A DNA stretch of 64,000 nucleotides from an uncultured Planctomycetota bacterium (lineage in GTDB: Bacteria; Planctomycetota; Planctomycetia; Gemmatales; Gemmataceae), in the NCBI GenBank assembly GCA_963849325.1, contig CAWKHF010000012.1:1475636-1539635 (forward strand). Reading direction: 5' to 3'. Positions 20,509 through 30,389 of this stretch are shown piece by piece. The first letter of the stretch is position 1. The number at the start of each line of letters is the position of its first letter. The notes below the pieces were generated by a model, which saw nothing but the letters and a program-made list of their open reading frames with translations, did no database searches and was not told where the DNA came from. The position numbers were made by a program, and so were the translations under genes.

Positions 20509-22003
20509 ATGGACAAGGCACCGCTGACGGCGGTCATCTTCGGTGCTTCGGGAGACCTGACGGCCCGCAAGCTGGTGCCGGCCTTGTACCGGCTGGCCCG
20601 CAAACGTCGGCTGCCGCAGGAGCTGCGCATCGTCGGCGTTTCGCGTACTCCTTTCCGCGACGAGGCGTTCCGCGATAAGCTCCGTGACAGCACGCGGCGC
20701 TTCGCCGGCTCGGCCTGGGAGGAAGCGGCCTGGGATGATTTCGCCCGCCGCCTGTTTTACGTCCCCGCCGATGCGGGCCAGGCGGGCGGCCTCGAACCCT
20801 TACAGAAGTGGTTTCACGATAACGAAGGGACGTCGGCCGACAAGGCGCGACGCCTGTACTACCTGGCCGTCAGCCCGGACCTGTGCGCCGGCCCTCGTCA
20901 AGCAGCTTGGCGCCTCCGGCATGAACCGCGAGGCCGGGCCGGACGGCTGGCGCCGTCTGGTCATCGAGAAGCCCTTCGGCCACGACCTCGCCTCGGCCCG
21001 CGCCCTCAACCAGGCTGCTGCGCGGCGAGTTCCGCGAGGAGCAGCTTTATCGCATCGACCATTATCTCGGCAAGGAGACGGTGCAGAACATCCTCGTTTT
21101 CCGCTTCGCCAACACGCTGTTCGAGCCGCTGTGGAACCACAATTTCATCGATCACGTGCAGATCACCGTCGCCGAGAGCGTCCGCGTCGAGGGTCGCGGC
21201 GACTACTACGACCAGGCCGGCGTCCTGCGCGACATGTTCCAGAACCACCTGCTGCAATTGCTGACGCTGGTGGCGATGGAAGCGCCGGCGCGCTACGCCG
21301 CCGACGCGCTGCGCAACGAGAAGGTCAAGGTGCTGGAAGCGGTGCCGGTTTATTCGCCGGAGGAGGCGGCCCGCCGTGTGGTGTCCGGCCAGTACAGCCG
21401 GCTATCGCGGTGAGCGCGGCGTGGCCGGCGACTCGCGCACGCCGACCTTCGCCGCCGTCGAGCTGGCCATCGACAACTGGCGCTGGCACGGCGTGCCGTT
21501 CTTCCTGCGTTCGGGCAAGGGGCTGGCTCGCCGACTCAGCGAGGTCGTCATCCAGTTCCGCTGTCCGCCGCACCTGATGTTTCCGCTGCCGCCCGGCGCC
21601 GACGCTGCAATGCAACCGCCTGTCGCTGTGCATCCAGCCGGACGAGGGCATCCACGTCAAGTTTCAGAGCAAGGTGCCCGACCGCGAGGAGATGGCCCTG
21701 CGGCCGGCAGACCTGGAGTTTCATTTCCGCGACGCCTACGGCGCCGACGCCATGCCGGAGGCTTACGAGCGTCTGCTGTCCGACGCCCTGCAAGGCGACG
21801 CCGCCCTGTTCATGCGCAACGACGAGATCGAACGCGCCTGGGAGATCATGGACCCGCTCATCGCGGCATCGTCGCGGCCGGATGCGCCGCTGCCGGAGTA
21901 TACCGTCGGCTCGGAAGGACCGGCCTGCGCCGATGAGTTCCTGGCCCGTACGGAGCGCCGCTGGCTCTCGGACACATCCCAGTCAGACAGTCCGCGGCGG
22001 TAA
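20509..22003 (+). CDS. zwf: Glucose-6-phosphate 1-dehydrogenase (about 4 frameshifts)
   Basis: [57 protein letters not shown]. Confidence 0.95.
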
Positions 22004-22012
22004 AGATATTGC

Positions 22013-23215
22013 TTGACAGAGGAGCGTTGGGAGATTGAACTGGCGGTGTTCGAGCGCGCGGCGCGCGCTGAGGGCGTGCTGGCACGCCCGAAGAACAAGT
22101 TCGGCGACGTTGTAGCGAACCAACTAACGACGGAGAATGTCCTCTTTCCTGGACAGTTGATTCAAAGGAGACGCCAGTGGCAGGCAAGAGGTTGGTGTTC
22201 GTTCGCGTCCGCTGTATTAACCGGAGCACAAAGGAGTTCTTTAATCGAGATTTCTGGCTAGACCTTTCGACCCTTCCAGCAGACAAGCGGGAGCATGTTG
22301 AGCGGTTGAAAGGAACTGTTGGTCCAGATGAGTTCGTCGAAATCCGCGGTCTCTTCAAGGAGGGAAATTGGAGAGACGAGTTCCAAGGCGACTCTTTTGA
22401 CTCAATGGGCGGATTCGCGGTCTCGGACTACTTTGAAGATGAGGCCGGCAACCCCCTGGACATGATTGGGTTGGCCAAGATCATGAGCGGCCAAGAATAT
22501 CCCATTCTACTTTATGACGTCCGAAGCGTTCTGCGCCTGGGACCAACGGGGATCACCCGAAAAGATCAGTGGTCCACGGAGTCCGCGAACACTTTGGCCC
22601 ATTTCTTCCAGCTGGTCGAAGTAATCGGGACCAGCGGATGGCTCAAGAGCCGACTGGCGATTAGCACTCCCGCGTCCTCTGGTTCACCCCCTTGGATTAA
22701 CTCATTTGAGTGCCCCGATCTGGGACAAACCTACTCGATTTTGCTACCGATTCGTCAACTTTGCGCCTCCGATGATGCCTTCAACCGTGCCTGCAAGATC
22801 TATCTGCGGCACGTCAACGACGAACGAAAGCGATGGTGGATCGAGGAGACAAAGAGGAACTTCAACGCCTACTTACGCTCGGTCCCGCGGCCTCATGCTA
22901 TCGAGAACTATACAGTAGGGGAACTTCTGGATCTCGTCATGTATGGTGCAGGGCTGATTCACTACGCCAATTCGGATTCCCAGCTCAGGCAGAATTTCAA
23001 GAAGGCGCTTACTCACAACCGACGGGAGTGGGTAATCTTCAACTTTCTCATGTGTTGCCGAGAGTTGTACGGCTATACGAATCATGCATACTTTGTCCTA
23101 CGGCAGGACTATGAGCAGTGGACCACGTTCGGAAAGTTGTCAGTCCCCTGACTTGGTGTTCATGATGGGGCTGTTCTCATCGCACCGTCTGCGCGATGAT
23201 GAGATGGCGGAATGA
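22013..23215 (+). CDS. Lower-GC hypothetical protein (cassette-like); main ORF 22177-23151, probably extended by frameshifts at both ends
   Basis: 324-aa ORF with atypical codon usage, followed closely by an attC-like site. Confidence 0.6.
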
Positions 23216-23220
23216 GGATC

Positions 23221-23320
23221 GCTGAACCAGTCGCTCTAGCAGACCGACCACGCGAATAACGGCTCTTCGTGACGCTATGCCGCGGCTGGGTGAGCCGGCT
23301 GCTGAACTTTGTCGACCGGC
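23221..23320 (+). other. Degenerate attC-like integron recombination site
   Basis: R'' GCTGAAC; AGCAGaCCG / CGGCTGCT arms with an extrahelical base; R' mutated to GACCGGC. Confidence 0.55.
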
Positions 23321-23332
23321 ATTGGGACGGCC

Positions 23333-23361
23333 TTGCGGCGTGTACGCCAGCGGCGTATACT
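23333..23361 (+). promoter_or_regulatory. TA operon promoter with overlapping operator palindrome
   Basis: TTGCGG-17 nt-TATACT; TACGCC-agc-GGCGTA inverted repeat; ATG begins 7 nt after the -10 box. Confidence 0.75.
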
Positions 23362-23367
23362 TTCCGA

Positions 23368-23685
23368 ATGCGGTTCATCGAAACCCCGATCTTCACTCGG
23401 ACCCTCATGGCCCTGCTCGACGATGAAGCCTACCACCTTTTGCAGTTGGCCCTTCTTCAACAGCCCGAGCGTGGGGCGATGATTCAGCGCAGCGGCGGTC
23501 TGAGGAAGGTACGCTGGCCGCTGCCTGGCCAGGGCAAGCGGGGCGGCCTCCGCGTCATCTATTTCTGGGACGAGGCGAGCGAAACCTTCTACATGCTCCT
23601 CGCCTACCCCAAGAACGAACAAGAAGACCTCACGGCTCAACAACTCCGTGTGCTGCGTCGTCTGGTTCGAGAGGAGTTCGGATGA
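23368..23685 (+). CDS. RelE/HigB-2-like toxin
   Basis: MRFIETPIF, GGLRKVRW, GKRGGLRVIY, YPKNEQEDL. Confidence 0.92.
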   Translation: MRFIETPIFTRTLMALLDDEAYHLLQLALLQQPERGAMIQRSGGLRKVRWPLPGQGKRGGLRVIYFWDEASETFYMLLAYPKNEQEDLTAQQLRVLRRLVREEFG

Positions 23686-23972
23686 AGAAGCAAGAATTCG
23701 AGAATCTGGTCGAGAGCATTCGGCAGGCCGGCCGAATTCGCCGAGGGGAGGCAAAGCCAAGCCGCGTGGTGGAGTTTGCGCCGGTGAACGTGAAGGCGAT
23801 CCGACGGCGTCTGGGGAAGTCCCAGTCGGAGTTCGCACGCATGATCGGGGTGAGTGTCTCGACGTTGCAGAATTGGGAGCAGGGACGGCGTCGGCCGGAT
23901 GGCCCGGCCCGCGCCCTGCTGAGGGTGGCAGAGGTCAACCCCGAGGCCGTCGCGGCTGCGCTGGCCAATTAA
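23682..23972 (+). CDS. HigA-2/NadS-like XRE HTH antitoxin
   Basis: ATGA overlap with the toxin; IRRRLGKSQSEFA..IGVSVSTLQNWEQGRR.P.GPARALL. Confidence 0.92.
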   Translation: MKKQEFENLVESIRQAGRIRRGEAKPSRVVEFAPVNVKAIRRRLGKSQSEFARMIGVSVSTLQNWEQGRRRPDGPARALLRVAEVNPEAVAAALAN

Positions 23973-24032
23973 GATGCGGCTAAAAAGAGAGAAGAAAAAG
24001 AGAAGAAAAAGGGGACATTCAAGATAAATCAG

Positions 24033-24129
24033 GCCGAACAAGGGCTTGCAGCAGTCCGGCGGGGCATTCTGGCTTTCCATGCCATACTGTCTCTCTCGCC
24101 CCGCCGGCTGCTGCGCTGGGTTGTTCGGC
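24033..24129 (+). other. attC-like integron recombination site
   Basis: R'' GCCGAAC and complementary R' GTTCGGC; GCAGCAGtCCGGCGGGG / CCCCGCCGGCTGCTGC arms with one extrahelical base; 97 bp. Confidence 0.7.
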
Positions 24130-24185
24130 GAAGGAGCCAACGACGATACGCCTTCCGTTGGCTAGAATGCACACGGAGGTATCTC

Positions 24186-24404
24186 ATGATCCAGACAGTC
24201 GAGGCGGTCATTGATGCCGCCGGTCGAGTCCAACTCCTCGGCGAGGTCCACGTCGATGGCCCCCGACGCGCTCTCGTGACGGTGCTGGAAGAGCCAGCCG
24301 CCGTGCCGGGTGAGGCCGCACTACTGGCCGAAGCGGCCTTGGCGGTGGACTGGTCCCGACCGGAGGAGGACGCGGCGTGGTCCCACCTACAGCCGGAGAG
24401 GTAG
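24186..24404 (+). CDS. Putative orphan antitoxin of a PemK/MazF-type pair
   Basis: GGAGG RBS, upstream TAGAAT, C-terminal AL..DW.RPEEDAAW.HL; overlapping GEVVLVP toxin-like remnant. Confidence 0.65.
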   Translation: MIQTVEAVIDAAGRVQLLGEVHVDGPRRALVTVLEEPAAVPGEAALLAEAALAVDWSRPEEDAAWSHLQPER

Positions 24405-24424
24405 TCCTCGTTCCGTTGTCGCGG

Positions 24425-26384
24425 CTAGACAGATGAGCATCTTCTCGACAAGAGCGCCTGTTGAACGGCGGACCACAGTTCTTTCATGTGGAACGGCTTG
24501 CGGATCAATCCCGCCGCGCCGCCGCGCAGCAGTTCGGGCGCCGGCTCCGCCTGCGGCAGTCCGGTGCAGAGCAGGATCGGCACGTCGGGCCGGCGCTGCC
24601 GCAGACGTTGGAACGTGGTCGCGGCGTCCTCGCGCGGCATCATCAGATCGAGGATGATGAGGTCGCAGGGCTGGCCGCTGAGGTGTTCAAGCGCCTCGGG
24701 AGTGCTGGCGGCGCAGGCGACGCGATGGCCGGCGATCTCCAGGAAGCGGCGCACCACGTCCAGCACCGCCTCTTCGTCGTCGATGACCAGGATGGAGCCG
24801 GTCGGCATCGTCTCCGGCCGAGCCGCCTCGCTCCGCCGCGCCGGGCCGCCTGTCTCGGCGCCGGCCGTGGCGCGCGGCAGATACAGGCGGACGCACGTTC
24901 CGCGGCGTGGCTCGCTGTCGATGGTCAGATAGCCCTGGTGTCCCTGCACGATGCCGAACACCATCGGCAGACCCAGGCCGGTGCCCTGGCCGACTTCCTT
25001 GGTCGTGAAGAACGGGTCCAGCGCCTGGTTGAGCACGTCGGGCGTCATGCCGAGCCGTGGTCTTCCACCTCGATGACGACGTAATCGCCGGGCGGCACCT
25101 GCTGCGGGAAGCCGGGCTGTTCGCCGGCCGTCATGGCCCGTCGCAGGCGGAAGACAAGAGGCCCGGCCTGGCCCGGCCCCAGGCGTGCCTCCGCCTCGCG
25201 CGCCCGCAGGGCGTCGCGGGCGTTGAGGGCGAGGTTGACTAGCGCCTGTTGCAACTGGTTGGCGTCCGCCTCGACCACGAGCGCCCGACACTCGCGCTCC
25301 TCGGTCGGCAGCTCCACGGCCACTTCTTGATGCAGCGTTCGGCTGACCAGCTCGGCGGTGCTGCGGACGAGGTCGATCATCGACCGGCGCTGCCGGGTCA
25401 GGGCCGGCTTGCGCGCGAAGGCCAGCAACTGCCGCGTCAGCAGGGCCGCGCGCTCCGACAGGTCCACGATGCGTTGCAGGAACTCGCGCAGCGTCGGCCC
25501 GATGTCCGGCTCGCGCAGTCCGAGCGAGGCGTAGCCGTTGATGCCGGCCAGCAGGTTGTTGAACTCGTGGGCCACACCGCCGGCCAGCGTGCCGACGCTC
25601 TGCATCTTCTGCGCCTGCAGCAGCTGCCGCTCCAGCTGCTTGTGTTCGCTGACGTCGCGCTGGATGCCGACGAAGTGCGTCAAGCCGACCCTGGTCGTCC
25701 ACGATGGGCGAGATGGTCAGCGATGCCTGGAACAGCGTGCCGTCCTTGCGGCGGTTGGTCAGCTCGCCCTGCCAGCTCCGCCGCGCCAGGATGGTCCGCC
25801 ACATCTCCTCGTACAACTCCGGCCGATGGACGGCGCTCTTGAGCAGGCGCGGCGTCTGCCCGAGCAATTCCTCCCGGTCGTAGCCGGTCAGGTCCTCCAG
25901 CGCCTGGTTGACCTTCAAGATGGTGCCCTGCAGGTCGGTGATCATGATGCCGTCGCGGGCCGACTCCAGCGCCTGCGCGAGCAGGCGATTCATCTGCTCC
26001 AGCCGGTGCCGCCGGACCGACTCGCCGACGCGCTTGGGCAGTTCGCCGAGGAAGGTCAGGGCCGTGTCCTTGACGATGTAATCGAGGGCGCCGGCGCGGA
26101 GGATGCGCGTGGCCGTCTCCGCGTCCTTGTCGCGCGTGACGATCAGCACCGGCGCGGCGATGCCCTCCCGAGCCAGCACGTCCAGGAGGTCCAGGCCGCT
26201 CATGTCGGGCAAGCGCTGGTCGAGCAGCACGAGGTCGAAAGCGGTATGGCGAAGCACGATGAGGGCGTCGGCGGCCGTGCGGCAGGAGCGTCACGGCATG
26301 ACCGGCCCGCTCCAGATGGCGGCGCATGAGCAGGGCGGCGTCGGGGTCGTCCTCGATCAGGAATAAGCGCAACGATTCGCTCAT
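24425..26384 (-). CDS. Hybrid REC-PAS-histidine kinase-REC (about 3 frameshifts)
   Basis: LIEDD/LLD..LP receiver, PAS (W.GE..NRRKDG), AGGVAHEFNNLL, NARDA, PFFTTK..G.GTGLGL, C-terminal receiver. Confidence 0.9.
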
Positions 26385-26620
26385 CGTCTCCTCTATACCA
26401 TATCTCTTCGCGTCGGGACTACGCCTTGTCAGCGGCTCCGTCCGTCCGTTATGCTGGAGGCTCTTTCGATCCGGATTTGTGGAGCAGGGACAGACAGGAA
26501 GCGCCGCCAATTGGTATTGGTGCGATCGGCCCCGGCGGTTACTCTGGGCCGAAGTTCGGACTCCCGCCGCGGGCGCGGTTACGAGACCGCACCGGGGAGA
26601 GGCCCTCTTTCGGGTATTTC

Positions 26621-27346
26621 ATGAACCTCAGTCAGCTGCTGGAGTACGTCCTTCACCCCCAGCCCCACCTGGACGCTCTGACCGGATCGATGGGGCCGTG
26701 GTTCTACCTGCTGCTGTTCGCCATCATCTTCTGCGAAACCGGCCTGGTAGTGACGCCGTTCTTGCCGGGCGATTCGCTGCTGTTCGCCGTCGGCGCGGTC
26801 GCGGCCGGAGAGTTGTCGCCGTTGAGTATACCGCTCCTGTTCGCGCTCTTGACCGTGGCGGCGGTGATCGGCGACGCGGTCAATTACGCCATCGGCTATC
26901 GGCTGGGTCCGAAGGTCTTCAAGTACGAGCAATCGTGGTTCTTCAACAAGAAGCACCTGCTGCGCGCCCAGGCGTTCTACGAGAAGTACGGCAGCAAGAC
27001 GATCATCCTGGCTCGCTTCGTGCCGATCGTGCGCACCTTCGCGCCGTTCGTGGCCGGCATCGGCCGGATGCGTTATCCCCGCTTTTTCCTGTACAACTGC
27101 GTCGGCGGCGCAGCGTGGGTGGCGATCTGCCTCTGGAGCGGCTACTTCTTCGGTCAGGTGCCGTGGGTGAAGGACCATTTCGAGATGGTCGTGCTGGCCA
27201 TCATCTTCCTTTCCGTGCTGCCGATGGTTGTCGAGTTCTTCCTGGCCAGGCGCCGGCACGTCGTCCTCGTCAACACAGTGTCGGTGTCGGAGCCAACGTC
27301 CGAGTCCGCCGAGGAATCGCTGACCTCGGCGCGGCAAGCGTCGTGA
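26621..27346 (+). CDS. dedA: DedA family membrane protein
   Basis: IIFCETGLVVTPFLPGDSLLF, ARFVPIVRTFAPFVAG. Confidence 0.93.
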   Translation: MNLSQLLEYVLHPQPHLDALTGSMGPWFYLLLFAIIFCETGLVVTPFLPGDSLLFAVGAVAAGELSPLSIPLLFALLTVAAVIGDAVNYAIGYRLGPKVFKYEQSWFFNKKHLLRAQAFYEKYGSKTIILARFVPIVRTFAPFVAGIGRMRYPRFFLYNCVGGAAWVAICLWSGYFFGQVPWVKDHFEMVVLAIIFLSVLPMVVEFFLARRRHVVLVNTVSVSEPTSESAEESLTSARQAS

Positions 27347-27382
27347 AGGCGACGTCCTCTGTTTCGACACGGTTGCGCAACA

Positions 27383-27435
27383 AGCCCGGAGCGCCAGCGA
27401 CGGGTTGTAGCAACCGTCGCTAGCGCCTCCGGGCT
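27383..27435. repeat. REP-like palindrome (AGCCxGxAGCGxxAGCGA family) between convergent genes
   Basis: AGCCCGGAGCGCCAGCGACGG ... CCGTCGCTAGCGCCTCCGGGCT. Confidence 0.7.
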
Positions 27436-27455
27436 AGTCAGCACGGATTCCTGCC

Positions 27456-28169
27456 TCACTTCCATTCCTTGATGCGCAGGTTGCGGAAGCGCACTTCGAG
27501 AGGCTCTTCGCGCTTGCCGACGCCGTGGACCTGCAAGGCGATGAAGCCCGACGGCGTAACGGCGTCCTTCAGGTCGGCGGCGGGAACGCCGTTGACCCAG
27601 GTCTTGATCGAGTCGCCGCGGCATTCGATGCGGAACTTGTTCCAGTCGTTGGCCTTGAACGCCTTGCGGGCGGCCTCGTTCGACTTCAAATCGTTCAACC
27701 AGCCGCGCCGGCCCTCATCGTAGATGCCGCCGCTCCAGGACCGCTCCTCCGGGTCGATCTCCACCTGGTAACCATGGACGCGCCCGGCGGGGATGTTGTA
27801 CTTCTTGCCGTTGATCTCGACGGTCTTCTTCTCGTCGAAACAATGGCTGCGAATCTGCACGCCGGAGTTGAGTTTGGGTTGGACCTTGAACTCCAGTTCG
27901 AGAATGAAGTCGCCGTAGTCGCGCTTGGTGCAGAGGAACGAGTTCGAGGTGTTAGGCACCGAGCTGCCGACGATTTGCTCGTTCTCGACGCGATACTTCG
28001 CCTTGCCGCCGCGCTGCACCCAGCCTTCCAGATCTTTGCCGTTGAACAGCTTCTGCCAGCCGTCGCCCTTGGCCTCGTCCGCCGATCGCGTCGGGGCCGG
28101 CGCGAGGAGGACGGCGAACCCGACCGGCCATAATACAAACAAGGCGGATCGGATAAGGGAAGTTTTCAT
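27456..28169 (-). CDS. DUF1080 (3-keto-disaccharide hydrolase-like) secreted protein
   Basis: LFNGKDLEGW, NSGVQIRS, GYQVEI, WNKFRIEC, GFIALQVH. Confidence 0.92.
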   Translation of the reverse strand: MKTSLIRSALFVLWPVGFAVLLAPAPTRSADEAKGDGWQKLFNGKDLEGWVQRGGKAKYRVENEQIVGSSVPNTSNSFLCTKRDYGDFILELEFKVQPKLNSGVQIRSHCFDEKKTVEINGKKYNIPAGRVHGYQVEIDPEERSWSGGIYDEGRRGWLNDLKSNEAARKAFKANDWNKFRIECRGDSIKTWVNGVPAADLKDAVTPSGFIALQVHGVGKREEPLEVRFRNLRIKEWK

Positions 28170-28201
28170 GGATCGTCCTTTCTGGAGTTGAGTTGGCCGC
28201 C

Positions 28202-28636
28202 TCAAAACACTTCCATCACGTGCTCGCCGCCGTGGGCTGGATTGCCGATCAATCGTTGCCCTTGGAGATCGACGACCCAATCGAGCAGCTCCAGCGGCAC
28301 TTGACCGATGATGACGGGAAACTCGTCGGCAATTTCACCGGCGTCGAGGGCACATTCGCGGCCCTCAATGGTCAAACGCACGACACTGTACATCGGCAAG
28401 CGCACCGAACCGCCAAGCCCCCGAGCCTCATGAGTCCGAAAATAGCGCAACCCTAATTGCGCGATCAACCGCTTGGGCAGAAGCAATCCCGTTGCGCCGG
28501 TGTCCACGAGGGCGTCCATCACCTCCACCGCGCGTACCTGATCGGGGGGCAAGAGACCTCGTTCTCGATTTTCCACGTCAAACAAGTTCTCGATCCGGGC
28601 CTTCACGAGCACTTGGCCCATCGTCGCCGTCTCCAT
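28202..28636 (-). CDS. Clan AA (retropepsin-like) aspartyl protease
   Basis: ALVDTGATGL and IIGQVPLE motifs. Confidence 0.85.
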   Translation of the reverse strand: METATMGQVLVKARIENLFDVENRERGLLPPDQVRAVEVMDALVDTGATGLLLPKRLIAQLGLRYFRTHEARGLGGSVRLPMYSVVRLTIEGRECALDAGEIADEFPVIIGQVPLELLDWVVDLQGQRLIGNPAHGGEHVMEVF

Positions 28637-28657
28637 GTTCCCCCTCGCGACTGGGTA

Positions 28658-28924
28658 TTAATCGTTCCCGGCCTGCTGAGGTCCGGTCGCCGCGGCGCTC
28701 AACGGCTCGACCGTGGCCACGTGAAGCAAGGAACAGATGTGGAATTCCGCCGGGACTCCTTCCTCGGACTCGCCGATGCCGACGAGGATGTCGGTTCGGG
28801 TCAGCCAGGCCATCTCCGGATGGCGGACCTCGTAAGTCTGCCCGCTCGACATGACGAGCCGGAACGGTTGGAAGGGCCGTTGGGCCAGCAGTTGGCGAAA
28901 GGTTTGTACCGTCATAGCAATCAT
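28658..28924 (-). CDS. Small conserved hypothetical protein
   Basis: RPFQPFRLVMSSGQTYEVRHPE. Confidence 0.7.
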   Translation of the reverse strand: MIAMTVQTFRQLLAQRPFQPFRLVMSSGQTYEVRHPEMAWLTRTDILVGIGESEEGVPAEFHICSLLHVATVEPLSAAATGPQQAGND

Positions 28925-28976
28925 TTTATACGGCAGCTATCCCTGTGTCGATCATCGCCTCTAGCGAGTTCTCTTC

Positions 28977-30239
28977 ATGAAATGCGAAATCCTCTCGATC
29001 GGCAGCGAGTTGACCAGCGGCCAGAACCTCGACACCAACAGCCAGTGGCTGAGCCGGCGTCTGGCCGAGATCGGCATCGCCGTCGGCTGGCACACGACTG
29101 TCGCCGACGATCTCGACGCCAACATCGAGGCGTTCCGCATCGCCGCGCGGCGAGCCGGGCTGGTGCTGGCGACGGGCGGACTTGGGCCGACGCAGGACGA
29201 CCTGACGCGCGAAGTGCTGGCGCGGGTGGCGGGCGTCGAGCTGGTCGAACAGGCGGAATCGCTGCGGCAGATCGAAGAGATGTTCCGCCGCCGTAACCGC
29301 GCCATGCCGGAGCGAAATCGCGTCCAGGCCCTGTTTCCCGCCGGCGCCGAACCGATCCCCAACGATCGCGGCACGGCCCCCGGCGTGTGGATGCGCCTGG
29401 GCGAGTGCTGGCTGGCCGCCATGCCGGGCGTGCCGTCGGAGATGTACGCCATGTTCGAGACGCAGGTCCGGCCGCGCCTGCTGGCCCTGGGCCTGGGCGG
29501 CGGCGTACTCGTCCAGCGCAAGATCAACACCTTCGGCGCCGGCGAGTCCGCCGTCGAGGAAAAGCTGCTCGACCTGACGCGCCGCGATCACGTCCCCGAG
29601 GTCGGCATCACCGTCAGCGACGCCACCATCTCGCTGCGCATCCTCGCCCGCGCCCCGACGCGGATCGAGGCCCAGGCCCAGATCGCTCCGGTCGAGGCGA
29701 CCATCCGCGATCGGCTCGGCGAGCTGGTGTTCGGCGTCGAGGACGAGGACTTGCAAGATGCCGTCGTGGTCCTGCTGTCGGCCCAACGGCGGAGCCTGGC
29801 CACGGCGGAAGGCGTGACGGCCGGGCTGGTCGCCGAACGGCTCGGCAGCGTGCCCGGCATCAGCGCCTGCTTTCGCGGCGGCATCGTCGCCTACGACAAT
29901 CGACTGAAGGTGGAAATGCTCGGCGTGCCGCAACCGCTCCTCGACGCGCACGGCGCCGTCAGCGCCGAGGTCGCCGAGGCGATGGCGGTCGGCTGCCGCA
30001 CGCGCCTGCGAACCGACCTGGCCGTCAGCACCGTCGGCGTCGCGGGTCCGACCGATGCCGGGCCGGACAAGCCGGTCGGCCTGGTTTACGTCGGCCTGGC
30101 CTGGGACGGGGGAGCCACGGCGGTTCGTTTCAGCTGGATCGGTACGCGGGCGGAAGTCCAGCGGCGGACGGCCAAGCTGGCCCTCAACCGTGTCCGCCTG
30201 CACTTGCTCGGACAAACCGGAGGTCTTGCCTCCGCGTGA
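28977..30239 (+). CDS. cinA: CinA competence/damage-inducible protein (MoCF domain plus PncC-like domain)
   Basis: IGSEL..G..DTN, TGGLGPTQDDLT, GTAPG, PGVPSEM, HGAVS.EVA.AMA, KPVGLVY. Confidence 0.93.
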   Translation: MKCEILSIGSELTSGQNLDTNSQWLSRRLAEIGIAVGWHTTVADDLDANIEAFRIAARRAGLVLATGGLGPTQDDLTREVLARVAGVELVEQAESLRQIEEMFRRRNRAMPERNRVQALFPAGAEPIPNDRGTAPGVWMRLGECWLAAMPGVPSEMYAMFETQVRPRLLALGLGGGVLVQRKINTFGAGESAVEEKLLDLTRRDHVPEVGITVSDATISLRILARAPTRIEAQAQIAPVEATIRDRLGELVFGVEDEDLQDAVVVLLSAQRRSLATAEGVTAGLVAERLGSVPGISACFRGGIVAYDNRLKVEMLGVPQPLLDAHGAVSAEVAEAMAVGCRTRLRTDLAVSTVGVAGPTDAGPDKPVGLVYVGLAWDGGATAVRFSWIGTRAEVQRRTAKLALNRVRLHLLGQTGGLASA

Positions 30240-30321
30240 CCGATCGCACAATTCGACGATTTCTCATTCCGTCGCGGGACCGGATGGTCTACAATTTTAT
30301 CTGAGAACAAGAGCTTGCCCG

Positions 30322-30365
30322 AGCCGGAAGCGTCAGCGAAGGTTGTCCTGCCTTCGCTTCCGGCT
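30322..30365. repeat. REP-like palindrome (same family as 27383 and 57695)
   Basis: AGCCGGAAGCGTCAGCGAAGG ... CCTTCGCTTCCGGCT. Confidence 0.6.
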
Positions 30366-30389
30366 GGGAGGAGCTTGGGAGACGTATTC

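Noticed and set aside
23975-24030. Purine-rich tract ending AAAAAGGGGACATTC
   Set aside because: It looks like half of a repeat element, but no partner arm was found, so it cannot be supported.
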